Part shown: piece by piece, positions 35,355 through 45,756 of the stretch | Numbering within the stretch: position 1 is the stretch's first letter | How the letters are laid out: every line of letters begins with the position of its first letter | IMG/VR virus record: IMGVR_UViG_3300010214_000002 | Location: 1-54,133 of that record | Origin: a virus | Taxonomy: Duplodnaviria; Caudoviricetes | Length of the DNA: 54,133 nt | Direction: 5' to 3' (one strand) | The notes under the pieces: model-generated | Database searches by the model: none | What the model saw: the letters and a program-made list of their open reading frames with translations, nothing else | What the model was told of the DNA's origin: nothing | Made by a program: the position numbers and the translations under genes

Positions 35355-36295
35355 TACGTCTTCGTCTTCTTTTGCGGGATTGGTTCTACAAGGCCCACAG
35401 TCGACAGCTCGCTATACCAGTCACTACCGTTCGTGTCGCCCTTGTGCTTCAACTTGAAGATCTTGTAGATACCGTCCGGGTCTTTACGAACAGGGTTCTT
35501 ATCCTGCTTAACTTCCGTGACGTCTGTGTCTGTGTTCTTGATCTTGCCCTTGGTTGGCTTCTTGCCTTTGATGTTCTCGTTGTCGAGCTTAATGCGACCG
35601 TAGATCTTGTAGAGTGGGTTCAACAGTGTCTTCACCGTGATACCCTCGTCGCCTTGCTCCGGCGCAGACAGCATGCCCGTTTGCGCGTTCACAACGACTG
35701 CTTCGTCGTCGAGCACGCCCTGCACCGGCACGAACGTCAACTGCCCATCCTGGATCGACCAAGACGCGTTGGAGTCTTTAGCCACACGTGCAAGTACGTC
35801 CCGGGTATTGCCGCTCACCACCCGGCCTCGTAGAGCCTTGTTTGCAGCCACGCCCTTCACCGGGCCTTTGGTCGTCTTGCTGAAGCTGCCCACGGCACGG
35901 TCAATGAGAACGCTATCGTCAACGCCAGCTTCCAGCGTTTCATTCATGACCGCGTTCTTATAGTCTTGGTCCCCGTCGCCGCAAACAATTTCCGTAATCC
36001 AATCGTTCTGCTGTTTGTATTTGAACACCCGAGTGATATTGCCACGGAAGATAACAGCCAGCGCGCCGCGATAGCCTACGTTGAGGATTACATCGTCGAA
36101 TTCGTTTTTGATGCGCTGGTGGTTCTCGTCGTTGAGGTTGTAGACCTTGATCGTAGCTTCGTTAGGCGCGCCGTCGCTTGTCTTCTCGACTTCGAATTCA
36201 ATGCGCAGCAGGCGCACCAGCAGACCGTCACCCTTGCTACCTTTGCCGATGACAAGCTCTGCTTCACGAAGATATTGGCGGGTAGACGTAGCCAT
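35354..36295 (-). CDS. Baseplate hub protein
   Basis: IKVYNLN...GY...IF.G.I...DGD...WSIQDG...TGM..AP...GDT.G..W. Confidence 0.85.
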   Translation of the reverse strand: MATSTRQYLREAELVIGKGSKGDGLLVRLLRIEFEVEKTSDGAPNEATIKVYNLNDENHQRIKNEFDDVILNVGYRGALAVIFRGNITRVFKYKQQNDWITEIVCGDGDQDYKNAVMNETLEAGVDDSVLIDRAVGSFSKTTKGPVKGVAANKALRGRVVSGNTRDVLARVAKDSNASWSIQDGQLTFVPVQGVLDDEAVVVNAQTGMLSAPEQGDEGITVKTLLNPLYKIYGRIKLDNENIKGKKPTKGKIKNTDTDVTEVKQDKNPVRKDPDGIYKIFKLKHKGDTNGSDWYSELSTVGLVEPIPQKKTKT

Positions 36296-36657
36296 TAGTC
36301 AGGCAGGTAAGGGTCCGGAATGTTCGATACGGTTTCGGGCAATGGCTCGTCGTCGCTCACCCACATGAGCTTCACAACGTCCCCGAAGTTGGTCAGGTTG
36401 GCTTCTTGGTGCAGGTTAGACGTGTCAACCACAACCAGATGGCCCAAGCCAAAGTTGTATGGCTCGAGCAGGTCGCAGCCGAGCACGACATTCAGCCCAC
36501 GCACAATAACGCTTTGATCGTCGTCGCGGAACAGGTCAAGCTCAAAGCGTTCGCTGCGGTCGTTCCAGCGGAAGTCAAAAACAATCTTCTGCGTGCCGAG
36601 CTGTGTGGTGAATCTCTGCGCTGGGTCCGTGTTGACCGGAATCTCAATGATGCTCAT
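36295..36657 (-). CDS. Baseplate/virion structural protein
   Basis: Position between the Dit-like gene and hub; FRWNDR motif. Confidence 0.7.
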   Translation of the reverse strand: MSIIEIPVNTDPAQRFTTQLGTQKIVFDFRWNDRSERFELDLFRDDDQSVIVRGLNVVLGCDLLEPYNFGLGHLVVVDTSNLHQEANLTNFGDVVKLMWVSDDEPLPETVSNIPDPYLPD

Positions 36658-37238
36658 TTGCCAAGCCCCTTAGTTAGAATGTCGAGCGTCTTGCTGGCAA
36701 GCGAGCCCTTCTTGGTACTGGCACTTGGGCTTTGCTCTTCACCCTGCTTCTGGCCCGACTCTTTCTTCTTGCTCGCTTGGTTGTTCGTCTTGCCAGCCTT
36801 GCGCGGCGGGTACTTGATGATCTCGGTATAGACGATGACGATCTCGCGCAAGGTTGCGCGGAACGCCAGCACGGCAGACGTGTCCTTGTCCTGCGTTGTC
36901 GTCAGCTCTTGCAAGAGCATGTTCGAGTACAGCTTCAGCCCGGTCTGCACATCGAATGGCTCGCGCGTGGCTTGCAGATCCAAGAGCTGTTGGTACGCGT
37001 TGCCCACACGTGCAAGGCCCGCGCCGTAGCCATCGTCAATCGGCCGGAGCTGCGCAGCGCTGACGCCAGCCTCAATGACCAGCTTGTAAGGCTTCACCCA
37101 AGCATGGTCAGTGATGCTGACGCCTAGCTCCACAGGGCTGTCTGTGATCTCCAACGTAGCCGTGTGGTTCTCGCTTACGACTGCGTCGAACGTAAGTCCT
37201 GCAATGTGGCGCGAGATGAATGTAGTTGGGTCTGCCAT
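36654..37238 (-). CDS. Tail tube initiator / Dit-like protein
   Basis: FDAVVSENH...ITDSPVE.G..ITDHA...P...V.TG...Y.NM. Confidence 0.8.
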   Translation of the reverse strand: MADPTTFISRHIAGLTFDAVVSENHTATLEITDSPVELGVSITDHAWVKPYKLVIEAGVSAAQLRPIDDGYGAGLARVGNAYQQLLDLQATREPFDVQTGLKLYSNMLLQELTTTQDKDTSAVLAFRATLREIVIVYTEIIKYPPRKAGKTNNQASKKKESGQKQGEEQSPSASTKKGSLASKTLDILTKGLGK

Positions 37239-39049
37239 TACAGGGCCACCGAAGATTGGTTGTCACGGATAACCTTGCGGTTCATCTTCTCGAGCTCGCT
37301 TGCAACCGCTTCGCCTGCCGCTTGCGGGTCGTTTGTGCTGATTACGATGTTCGGCGGCGCAACTTGGACGTTGGTAGTAACCGTAGTGCTTGCGTTCTGC
37401 CCCGCCGGGGCCGCTGCCACGCCCAGCACGCCGTTTTGTTGGCCGGGTTGGGGGCTACCTAGCGGCCCACCCGGCGCGCCGCTTGTGGCCCCGCCTACGG
37501 GCAGGGGCTCACCTGCGCCGATGCCAAGCCAGCCTTTCACCTTGCTCACGGCACTGCCAATCGTATTGACTAGCCCATCCCACCAGCCCGTAACCATGGT
37601 GAAGAAGCCACGGAACGACTCCGTCAAGATGTTAATAACGCCTGTGATCGTACCAACGAGAAGGTTCGCAACCACCGCGATCGCCTGCGCCAGCCCGGAG
37701 AGCAGCGTTGTAATCACAACGACAATCTCCTCAACCACCAGCAGCACGATAGGCAGCAGGAACCCAATCAGTTGCAGAATGCCTCCGAGGATCGGCTTCA
37801 CCAGATTCCACAGTGCCAAGAACAATTGGCCCAGCGAGTTCAGCAACTCGGCGAAGCGCGGTCCAGCACCGGAGACAGCCTCTGTCATTTGCTGCCAGAA
37901 CTCGCGCAGGTCGTAGCCAATCACGCGTAGGAACTCGGCAAAGCCGGAGAACCGTTCTGCCAAGCGCCCAACGATGCTGTCGTTGCCTTCGACGAAGTTC
38001 ACAATGTCGTCGATCAGCAAGAAGATTGCAGCAGCCGCAGCGGCGATTAGGACCGGCATCAAGCCGACCCCTGCCAGTAGGCCGAAGATGGCCGTGCGCG
38101 CGGCGTTCAAGATCGCAACAAAGCCGGTCAGTACCTTGAGCGTCTGGGCAGATACAAAGATGGTCAGCGCGGCACCGGCCAACAGCAGCACAGTCCGCCA
38201 GCCTCCAATGAGATCAATGAGCCATTGCAAAACAGAACCAAGCCGACGGAGCCAGTCAAAGACCACGCTCATCAGATTGATCATGAATTGCAACGCGCTG
38301 TAGATGTTGTCCCGTACGAACTGGCGGTTGGTGAACCACCACTGACGGAAGGCTTCAACAGTCTCTTTGACGATCGGCAAGAAGTAGAGCGCAATGGCTT
38401 GCCCGGTTGCCTTTGCCATTGCCTTGAGCCGGTCAATGGTGTCCGTGAACTCGCCAGCCGCAGCGAAGTCTGCGTCCGTGGGCGCGCCGAAGTCCCGCAT
38501 CTCTTGGCGCAGGGCTTCAATCTCTTCACGGCCTCTGCGCAGCAGCGGAACCAGCGTCGGGTCCAAGCCTAGCTTTGCCGCAAGCGCAATCTGTTCTTGA
38601 GCGGACAGTCCTTGCATTTTGTCGGCAACGTCAAGCAGCAGCTCATCGAACGTCTTTACTTCACCGTTCGCATCCTTTGCGCTTAGGCCGACTTTCTCAA
38701 AGATCTTTGCGCCCCGGCCAATGCCAAGGGCCGCTTCACCAGCGACGCGGTTCAAGCCTTGCACAGAAGACTTCAGTGCATCAAGGCTCGAGCCGGAGAG
38801 TTGCGCAGCGTGGCCCAGTTCTTCAACCGCCGCTGCGGATACGTTGTTCAGGTCAGCGAAGTCGCCGAGCTCATCCATCTCGCCCGCGACCGCAATGGTG
38901 GCGATACCAATCGCCCCGGCAAGGGCCACGATAGCGCCAACAAAACCGATAGCTGCGGTCTCGGCTTCGCGGGCCTTCTCGATCCACGTTTCGGCCCCCG
39001 AGGTATCTACCTCAAACCCCAGCGCGACCAGCAAGCTATCGATAATCAT
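37238..39049 (-). CDS. Tape measure protein
   Basis: MIIDSLLVALGFEVD start; long helical, Ala-rich, hydrophobic repeats; follows the chaperones. Confidence 0.88.
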   Translation of the reverse strand: MIIDSLLVALGFEVDTSGAETWIEKAREAETAAIGFVGAIVALAGAIGIATIAVAGEMDELGDFADLNNVSAAAVEELGHAAQLSGSSLDALKSSVQGLNRVAGEAALGIGRGAKIFEKVGLSAKDANGEVKTFDELLLDVADKMQGLSAQEQIALAAKLGLDPTLVPLLRRGREEIEALRQEMRDFGAPTDADFAAAGEFTDTIDRLKAMAKATGQAIALYFLPIVKETVEAFRQWWFTNRQFVRDNIYSALQFMINLMSVVFDWLRRLGSVLQWLIDLIGGWRTVLLLAGAALTIFVSAQTLKVLTGFVAILNAARTAIFGLLAGVGLMPVLIAAAAAAIFLLIDDIVNFVEGNDSIVGRLAERFSGFAEFLRVIGYDLREFWQQMTEAVSGAGPRFAELLNSLGQLFLALWNLVKPILGGILQLIGFLLPIVLLVVEEIVVVITTLLSGLAQAIAVVANLLVGTITGVINILTESFRGFFTMVTGWWDGLVNTIGSAVSKVKGWLGIGAGEPLPVGGATSGAPGGPLGSPQPGQQNGVLGVAAAPAGQNASTTVTTNVQVAPPNIVISTNDPQAAGEAVASELEKMNRKVIRDNQSSVAL

Positions 39050-39297
39050 TTCTTAGCGTTCCTCAATGCTTCTTGCCGCCGTGCGTACTCTTCTTCTACA
39101 TCCATCGCCTCGTGCATGTCTGCGAGATCGTTCAATGTGTACGTACCATCGCAGAGTTCACGGTACGTACACAGCGGCGGGTCACGCAGAACAGGTCGCC
39201 AGATGTACCAACTTATGTTGGCGAGTTCGATTGGTTCGACGCTTGGCCCTTCTTGCCGAGTTGGCCGAAACGTGAGCGCACGGCGTTGGTAAAATCC
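39046..39297 (-). CDS. Tail assembly chaperone, downstream (gpT-like) segment; start uncertain, possible -1 frameshift product
   Basis: WYIWRPV...LCTYRELCDGTYTLNDLADMHEAMD motif; lies in the -1 frame relative to the upstream chaperone; coupled to the TMP start. Confidence 0.65.
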   Translation of the reverse strand, partial: GFYQRRALTFRPTRQEGPSVEPIELANISWYIWRPVLRDPPLCTYRELCDGTYTLNDLADMHEAMDVEEEYARRQEALRNAKK

Positions 39298-39644
39298 GCA
39301 AAGTTGCTGACCAGTACATGCATCGCGGTTTCCCACACCAGCAGCGGATCGCCAGCAAAAACGTCTGCGCTGTCCAGCGATACCTTGTCGCCGTTGACCC
39401 GGGCAAAGCTCAACAGCTTCTCGATCAGGCGCGTCACCGTGGCCTCATCGACATTGGACGACAGTGCGCTCATCAACATGCCGCCAAGCTCTTCCTTCGA
39501 GCCCCCGCCAGACTTGAAGGCGGCAAAGAGGCCCGGCCCCAGCAGCTTCACAAGCGTGACTTGAACTTGCAGAGCATCACGCGGGGGCAGCACCGACGCC
39601 GTAACGCGGTGCTCGCCGATTTGTTTGGTTTGCGGTTCACGCAT
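39213..39644 (-). CDS. Tail assembly chaperone (gpG-like)
   Basis: Between tube and TMP; TAATG coupling with the tube gene. Confidence 0.75.
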   Translation of the reverse strand: MREPQTKQIGEHRVTASVLPPRDALQVQVTLVKLLGPGLFAAFKSGGGSKEELGGMLMSALSSNVDEATVTRLIEKLLSFARVNGDKVSLDSADVFAGDPLLVWETAMHVLVSNFADFTNAVRSRFGQLGKKGQASNQSNSPT

Positions 39645-40072
39645 TATTGGATGTCCCCAGCCAGAATGTCGAGGCGCTCGACCACGAAGGTCCATTCCTC
39701 GTCGTTGCCTGCCGCGCCGCGCTGGAAGTCAGCGGGCTTCTTGATGTAACCAACCGAGCCGTTCACAACGTCAAGGCGGTACACATCGCGGAAGGTGCAG
39801 TACACCGGGATGAACTCGAGGTTGCCTGCTTCTTGGCGACCAAGCAAGTCCAGCAGGTACGCCCGGAAGCTGGACGTCTGCTGCAACTTGATCGTGACTT
39901 CGCCAGAGCGGTCGGCCGACAGCGAGACCATCATCTCGCCAGCAGCGCCAACCTTGTCGCTTGCCGAGTCCGTCCGGCGCGTGCATTTGATAACATCGTC
40001 ACCTTCGCTCCAGCCCGTGGCTTCAACGCCATTGACCGCGAAGATCGTATCGAGAAAACTGTAGCGGCGCAT
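39644..40072 (-). CDS. Tail tube protein
   Basis: YSF.D...G...GA.GE...SGEVTIKLQQTS...K.PA..RG...EWTF; follows the sheath. Confidence 0.85.
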   Translation of the reverse strand: MRRYSFLDTIFAVNGVEATGWSEGDDVIKCTRRTDSASDKVGAAGEMMVSLSADRSGEVTIKLQQTSSFRAYLLDLLGRQEAGNLEFIPVYCTFRDVYRLDVVNGSVGYIKKPADFQRGAAGNDEEWTFVVERLDILAGDIQ

Positions 40073-40100
40073 GAGTTGCTCCTGTGGTTAATACCGCTGA

Positions 40101-41576
40101 TTACCGTTCGAAGGTGACTTCGATGTCGACGTGCTGGATTGCGCCAGCGCCCTTCGCAGCCACTTGAATCGGGGGAGCCTTGCGGGCCTCGCGGTCGCTC
40201 TGGTTCTGCTGGGCGACCGGCTGCGCGTAGACGTAGTAGCCCGTCTTCAGGAACTGGCCCGCCAGCAGCGTCCCGAACTCAGCACCGTTCCACACGCCCG
40301 GAGCGAGCAGGCCGTTGTTAACGCCTTGATCGCAAGCCTTTTCAACCTGCTGCACAATCAGCGCAACGCCACGATCGGTCTGCGGCACCTTGGTCGTGCG
40401 GGTGTAGAGGAACCCGAACACGTTCGTTTCGATGGCGTTCTGGAACCAATCCAGACCATGCACTTCATCGAAGTAGGTGCCATCGGCCATCACGCCGTTC
40501 GCCAGAGCCGGAGAGTCGCCGAACGCCGTGTAGTAGTTGACGTTCTTGTCTTCCAGTGCGTTGGCTCGGGTCGTGTTGATCGTGTCGTCTGCGGTGACGC
40601 CCGGCAGGGTCTTCAAGAACAGAGTGATTGTGCTGTTCTGATTGTTGAAGTTGACTGCAAAGGCGCGAACCATCGCCGACAGGGCCGCGTACTTGTTCGA
40701 CGCATCGTACACCGTGAACATGCGGCGGTTCAGCTGGGCCTTCAGCAACGACGCGAAGTCGGTCGTGCTGGTCGGGTCGTACAGGACCGATGCAGTGCTG
40801 GTGACGCCGCCGATCTTCACCTTGCTCGCAACCCACGCGCCAAACGCGAGATAGTCGTCATTGGACGCGAGTTGGCCGTTGGTGAAGTGAACGCCGTACC
40901 ATTCGCTCGAGTACAGGTCTTGCGCGTCGAGCGCCTGCGTGATCGTTTCGGCAGCAGCGCCAGCCGCAGGCTTGCCCGTGTCGGTGCCCATGAGACCGCC
41001 GATGTGCGTACCGACTGCGGGGGCCACAGCGGAAGTCACGGACACGGTCGACGTCGGACCAGTGGTAGCCGAGTGAATGCTGAACACCGTGCCATTCCAC
41101 GTTACGGTTGCACCCGTGCCGCCCGTCTCAGCTTGAATTGCCGTCTGGATCTTCGCCGCCACGGCGTTCATGTTGGCAACGCCGGTGAAGTCGATCGGGC
41201 TGACATCAACCTTCGTGCCGTCCAGATTCACACTGAACGAGCCATCGTCGATTGCAGCCCACGTTGCGGCGTCCGTGGAGTTGGGCGCGCTGCCCACCAG
41301 CTCACCGCCAACTGCGGTTGCGAACCGACGGCCGATACGAATCTGGTCCGGGCGCGGCGACTGATTGAAGGCAATCTGCGCGGCCTTGTACTCTTCGCTG
41401 TTCGCCGGGAAGTCGACCGCAACTTCGGTCATGCTTGCATAGGGCCGCGAGCGTTCGCCGACCGGCAGATAAGGGCCAGTCCCCAGAATCAGCGCGATCC
41501 CGAAACCGTTACGCTTCGGAAAGATCGGCGACGTGAGGATCGTTACTTTGACAACGCGATTGACCGGAAGCGTCAT
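40101..41576 (-). CDS. Contractile tail sheath protein (DUF3383-like)
   Basis: EYKAA..AF.Q.P.P...ITL..K...G.MADG.YFDE.HG.DW...KVPQTD.G...REAR...GAI. Confidence 0.9.
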   Translation of the reverse strand: MTLPVNRVVKVTILTSPIFPKRNGFGIALILGTGPYLPVGERSRPYASMTEVAVDFPANSEEYKAAQIAFNQSPRPDQIRIGRRFATAVGGELVGSAPNSTDAATWAAIDDGSFSVNLDGTKVDVSPIDFTGVANMNAVAAKIQTAIQAETGGTGATVTWNGTVFSIHSATTGPTSTVSVTSAVAPAVGTHIGGLMGTDTGKPAAGAAAETITQALDAQDLYSSEWYGVHFTNGQLASNDDYLAFGAWVASKVKIGGVTSTASVLYDPTSTTDFASLLKAQLNRRMFTVYDASNKYAALSAMVRAFAVNFNNQNSTITLFLKTLPGVTADDTINTTRANALEDKNVNYYTAFGDSPALANGVMADGTYFDEVHGLDWFQNAIETNVFGFLYTRTTKVPQTDRGVALIVQQVEKACDQGVNNGLLAPGVWNGAEFGTLLAGQFLKTGYYVYAQPVAQQNQSDREARKAPPIQVAAKGAGAIQHVDIEVTFER

Positions 41577-41599
41577 GATCGGTTCCTCTTTCGTTTAGA

Positions 41600-43447
41600 T
41601 TAAGATTGCACAGGTTGATCGTCGCTGATTTTCAGCCACTGGCTTGAGACACGATAGACCGGGACACCTGTGCCATTGCCCACATCTTCGCCGTTCTTTC
41701 GGCCGTTCGTAGCGAATGCAAACGAAGCATCATCTACGCCCGGTAGTTCTTCTACTGTGTACCGCGCCAATGTAACCCAACGGTTGAAGATCGTGTTCCC
41801 ACCGAAGTAGTTCTGCTGGTTTTCGTCCCCCTGCTCGACGTTGCCGCAGTAGAGGCTCCCCGGGCTACCATCTGCGGCGATGATTTGAACGCTGTTCGGG
41901 GTGCGCTGCTGCAACGATACGGCCACGCCATCCGCGCCAAAGCGCAGTTGCACGATGTTCTCGAGCAAAGCTCGGTCAGCATCGCTGCCGCCGTACGAAC
42001 GCATGATGCGAGTTACGCCGCCGTTGTACGTAATGTAGTGTTCCCCGATGATCCTTTGGCTGCGCACGTCGCGCCGCTCGCTTGTGCCAAAGATGTTCAG
42101 CAAGTCCAGTTCGCCGAGGATCATTGATGCAACGAAGCGGTTAGCCTCGTCGGCCGGGTGCGTGCCGTCACCCTGCCAGCCCAGCCGGACAAGCTCTGCG
42201 TAATTCTTGCAGGCTGCGTATCCGTCGTAATAAGCTGCGTCGTTCAGCAGCGCCTGATCGTGGAATACTTGGTTATTCGCAATCTGCGTCGCTGCGTCGC
42301 TGTTGTCTGGCAACGAGCCAATCACCAGCTTCGAGAACGCAGGCAGCGTAGCGAACCGCGCAAACATGGCAGGCACGTTCACGTTGACGTTCTCTTCTTT
42401 TGCCTGAACAAGCATGAGCTTCACGTTCAGGTCGTTCAGCAGATACGAGGCAATCGCAGTGCTTGCGTAGTTCTGCTGCGACAGGATGGACCCGCCGCGC
42501 GCGAAGATGAGGGGCACAAGCCCGTAGTTCTTGAGCATGCCGCCACGCAGGAACACAACCTTACCCGTGGCCGTAATGCGCACCTTGTACGCCTTGTTCT
42601 TGTCAGCTACGATTTGAACCTTTGCGCCGCCAAGCTGCGTATCCGCTAGGTTGATGGTTTGCGTGGCGAGCTGCGCGTCACCGTTGTCACGGTCCAAGAA
42701 GTCCACCTTGGCAGAGCCCATGCCCGGGCCTTTGGCAAAGTAGGCGCGAACCGTGTCCCATCCATACGAGAAGCCAGCGTCAAACTCAAGCGTTGCACCG
42801 TTGCTCAGTTCGTAATGATCACCACTCGGCAGATACGTGAAGTCTGCATTGCCACCAGTGCCGTCCATTGACGATTGGTCAACGGGCGCTGCACCGCTGT
42901 TGAAGACAGTTCCAGTCGTGGTTGGAACGCTCGTACCCTGTACACCCAGCGCCGTCGGCCCAAACGCGCCAGCCTGCTCGTAGCTCTGGAGCATGAGCAA
43001 GAAGAGTTGCGACCATACGTGCGGACCGACACTGTCGCCCCAGCAGGCGATCCCAAGCAACGTAGACGGATCGCCAGTGTTGGTTGGTCCGTGATACGCA
43101 GCCGCAGCGGCAAACAGATCGCGCAAGTTGTGCTTGCCATCGAACAGCCCAGCAGCGCCCGTTCCTGGATCTCCATCGGGGCCTTTGTTGCCCGTAGCGC
43201 CCGTGGGGCCAGTGGCCCCCGTCGGCCCTGTGGCACCCGTAGGGCCTGCGTTGCCGGTTGGCCCGGTAGGGCCAGTAGCCCCCGTGGCCCCCGTAGCGCC
43301 TGCGGGGCCTGCTGGGCCTGCTGGGCCTGCGCCACCGAACGACGAAACGGGCACCTTCACCGTTACCCCATCCTGCGTAACCGGAACGACTGCTTCGGGC
43401 TTCAGCGCACCTTGCAACGGGTCAAGCTGGGAGATCTTCTTTGGCAT
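41600..43447 (-). CDS. Virion appendage protein: KISQL anchor, collagen-like repeat, SGNH/GDSL-like esterase domain
   Basis: MPKKISQL; (G-X-Y)n stretch [16 protein letters not shown]...; WGDSV and DGTHP catalytic-type motifs. Confidence 0.7.
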   Translation of the reverse strand: MPKKISQLDPLQGALKPEAVVPVTQDGVTVKVPVSSFGGAGPAGPAGPAGATGATGATGPTGPTGNAGPTGATGPTGATGPTGATGNKGPDGDPGTGAAGLFDGKHNLRDLFAAAAAYHGPTNTGDPSTLLGIACWGDSVGPHVWSQLFLLMLQSYEQAGAFGPTALGVQGTSVPTTTGTVFNSGAAPVDQSSMDGTGGNADFTYLPSGDHYELSNGATLEFDAGFSYGWDTVRAYFAKGPGMGSAKVDFLDRDNGDAQLATQTINLADTQLGGAKVQIVADKNKAYKVRITATGKVVFLRGGMLKNYGLVPLIFARGGSILSQQNYASTAIASYLLNDLNVKLMLVQAKEENVNVNVPAMFARFATLPAFSKLVIGSLPDNSDAATQIANNQVFHDQALLNDAAYYDGYAACKNYAELVRLGWQGDGTHPADEANRFVASMILGELDLLNIFGTSERRDVRSQRIIGEHYITYNGGVTRIMRSYGGSDADRALLENIVQLRFGADGVAVSLQQRTPNSVQIIAADGSPGSLYCGNVEQGDENQQNYFGGNTIFNRWVTLARYTVEELPGVDDASFAFATNGRKNGEDVGNGTGVPVYRVSSQWLKISDDQPVQS

Positions 43448-43449
43448 GA

Positions 43450-44073
43450 TTAATCAAACAGAATAGGGTCGCTGGATTCCGTGGTCAGCGTGTTGCCGTC
43501 CTCGGTGGTGAGAGAGTTCTGCGCTTGGTCTTCTCCCGGGGCTGTAACTGTGAAGTGGTAGCTCGCGTCTGGGTCGTCGCGATAGATGGTGAAGTCGAAC
43601 GTACCGTACGTAGGCAGGTCGATTGTGTCCTGCACGCTGGTGTGGAAAACCAACTGCACCGCCGAGCGCTCTTCCCAGTCCTCACTCTCCACTGCGGTTA
43701 CATCGTTGATTGCTCCAAGCGACACGTATCCAATGTCGTTAGCCCGCATGTATTCAACGGCAGTGCTCATGCGCACGCGCGTCTTAAAGCGGTTGGCTAG
43801 ATCAAGCGCCCCCACGCGATAGAACTGGATACTTGCCGTGCAGAGCCGAGCGCCCTCAACGGTTTCTGCAACGAGGTTATTCGTGCCGTTCTTGTATCGC
43901 ACTTCATCCAGACCCACCGGGCCGAAGATGTCTACCCTCACCGTTACCCACACTTGCGGGGGCGCAGGGATATCCAAGCTCTGGTCTGCTGGGCTGATCC
44001 ATTGCGGGTCCAAGCCGGTAGCGATCGCAACCAGCTTGCGCACCTTGCGGTTCAGGTCATCTTTGGATTGCAT
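43450..44073 (-). CDS. Tail terminator / neck protein with C-terminal extension
   Basis: Canonical position; C-terminal [13 protein letters not shown] motif. Confidence 0.7.
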   Translation of the reverse strand: MQSKDDLNRKVRKLVAIATGLDPQWISPADQSLDIPAPPQVWVTVRVDIFGPVGLDEVRYKNGTNNLVAETVEGARLCTASIQFYRVGALDLANRFKTRVRMSTAVEYMRANDIGYVSLGAINDVTAVESEDWEERSAVQLVFHTSVQDTIDLPTYGTFDFTIYRDDPDASYHFTVTAPGEDQAQNSLTTEDGNTLTTESSDPILFD

Positions 44074-44416
44074 TGTTCTGCACCGCAAGTTGAAGGCAAT
44101 ACCCGCCATCCATCCATCGCTTCTTGGAGGCGACCTTGTACCACTCGCCACGCCACTGCACCAGCGTTGTATCCTGGATCTCTTCAAGGCTGTAGATGCG
44201 AATGGCGTCGTCATTACGCTGGCCTTCCGGCAGCATATTCAGCTTCTGCCAATCGCTGGCAGGCTGGATGTTCGCTTCCACCGTACCCGGCACAACTACA
44301 GTATCAAACTCGCCTGCTCTGTCGCCGGTCGTGACGCGCGTGCGCTGCATGAGCTTGGTAGGCCATACTCCGCCACCCATGTCCTCATCGCCAATCAGTT
44401 CGCTGACGTCAATCAT
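44057..44416 (-). CDS. Head closure / stopper protein
   Basis: IQPA...L..LPEGQR...IRIYS...W.GE.YKV. Confidence 0.75.
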   Translation of the reverse strand: MIDVSELIGDEDMGGGVWPTKLMQRTRVTTGDRAGEFDTVVVPGTVEANIQPASDWQKLNMLPEGQRNDDAIRIYSLEEIQDTTLVQWRGEWYKVASKKRWMDGGYCLQLAVQNNAIQR

Positions 44417-44931
44417 GCTGAAGCCTTATCGTTGGGGTCGAGCACCCACGTGATGCTCTGCCGCATGTTGCCGGTGTCAATCAGGGCCTTGCTCGAGCCC
44501 TTGCGCTTGATCGTTGCTGGCTTGAGTTGGTATGTGTTCGTTGCAATGAAGCGTTGCACGTCTCCCTTTGCCATCTCGCCAAGTAGGCCGAGCGCTTGCT
44601 CAAAGCCGATTTGACCGTTAATGATGCGTGGCATTAGCGCGCGGTTAAAGTTGACGTACTTCTCCGCATTCATCGTCAGCGACACGCGCAGGAACGAACG
44701 CTCTGGGATGCCGCGCGATGGCGCGCCGAATTCGTGGGCCGCAGCCACAACGGCCATAGGCGTCCCGTTTTCTTCCGGAGCTGCGCCAACCGGCACGCCG
44801 ATATAGACCTTGTCGTGCCCGCCTTCCATGCGGCGTACAAGGTCAAGCACCCGCTCTTTCTCAATAGCGTTCGTGGCAGAGTTCGACAGAACCTTGCCAG
44901 CCTTCTTGAGTTGAGCGGTAGGCTTGATCAT
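44413..44931 (-). CDS. Neck / tail completion protein
   Basis: A.VAA.HEFG...IPERSFLR...PATIKRKGSSKALIDTG.MRQSIT. Confidence 0.82.
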   Translation of the reverse strand: MIKPTAQLKKAGKVLSNSATNAIEKERVLDLVRRMEGGHDKVYIGVPVGAAPEENGTPMAVVAAAHEFGAPSRGIPERSFLRVSLTMNAEKYVNFNRALMPRIINGQIGFEQALGLLGEMAKGDVQRFIATNTYQLKPATIKRKGSSKALIDTGNMRQSITWVLDPNDKASA

Positions 44932-45326
44932 ACGGCGATTGCGCCCATGTACGGGCCGATGTGATCCCAGTACCAGAGGCCGTACGGCGTCCACAGGTAC
45001 GGGTTATCAAGAGCTTTAGACAGCATCTCCGCGCTGTACTGTACTTGCACATCGCCCACCTTCTTCATGATCTTTGCACCCACGCCCGTCCCAAACTCGG
45101 CAGGCTTGGGCACGCCCGGGATCTTAACCCCAGTGCGCCAATCGTAGAGGCAAAGATAATGAGCGGTCAGGTAGTAGACCGCATAATCGTACAAGGCTTC
45201 ATCCCACAGCTCGGCATTCACTTCAGCGAGTGCGAGGTCCATGTGCATTTGCACTTGGGCGTCAGTGTTCACCGGCTCGTTGAACTCCGGGAACAGGACG
45301 CGAAAGCCTTGTACGGTTGCGGTCAT
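44928..45326 (-). CDS. Head-tail adaptor (DUF4054-like)
   Basis: FRVLFPEF...TAHYL...KVGDVQVQY...TPYG. Confidence 0.85.
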   Translation of the reverse strand: MTATVQGFRVLFPEFNEPVNTDAQVQMHMDLALAEVNAELWDEALYDYAVYYLTAHYLCLYDWRTGVKIPGVPKPAEFGTGVGAKIMKKVGDVQVQYSAEMLSKALDNPYLWTPYGLWYWDHIGPYMGAIAV

Positions 45327-45344
45327 GACTACACCTGTTGGTGA

Positions 45345-45731
45345 TTACTTGTTACCCGTGGCCCACGGCGCGTCCGGGGGCGTGTTGCCGGTCACTTCGG
45401 GGACATCGTCGGCAGCCGGTGCGGGCGGCACGGCGGGCACTGCCGGTTCAGGCGTCACAACCGGGGTGTCTTCCGGCACGGGCGTCATCTTCTGTTCTTC
45501 CGGAACAGTGTTCGACTTTGCGAGGCGCAGGTGGCCCGCGTCAAAACGAGCCTTGACGGCGCGGTCGCCCTTCTTCTCGAGCAGTTCCAGCAGGCTTTCG
45601 TCGACCAGAGCCTCGCCGGGGGCTTGGTTGTTTGCTGCGGGGATCACGGCCATTTCGAGTTGACCGCTGAGGTTGTACGCCATGAGCGTGATAGCGCCCG
45701 GGGTGCTGTTGATAATGCGAACCTTTGCCAT
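45345..45731 (-). CDS. Hypothetical virion-associated protein
   Basis: GGAG RBS; between MCP and adaptor; Pro-rich tail. Confidence 0.65.
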   Translation of the reverse strand: MAKVRIINSTPGAITLMAYNLSGQLEMAVIPAANNQAPGEALVDESLLELLEKKGDRAVKARFDAGHLRLAKSNTVPEEQKMTPVPEDTPVVTPEPAVPAVPPAPAADDVPEVTGNTPPDAPWATGNK

Positions 45732-45756
45732 GGATGCTCTCCAGTGGGTAGTGAGT

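Noticed and set aside
40131-41603. 490-aa + strand ORF, and similar long antisense ORFs (31998-33137, 50122-51072, 22790-23743)
   Set aside because: They mirror clear genes on the opposite strand; stop-codon scarcity is expected in GC-rich coding DNA
43160-43335. 9-bp-period GC-rich repeats as a DNA repeat element or array
   Set aside because: Explained by Gly-X-Y collagen-like coding; likewise the 14150-14330 repeats encode the Lys/Ala tail
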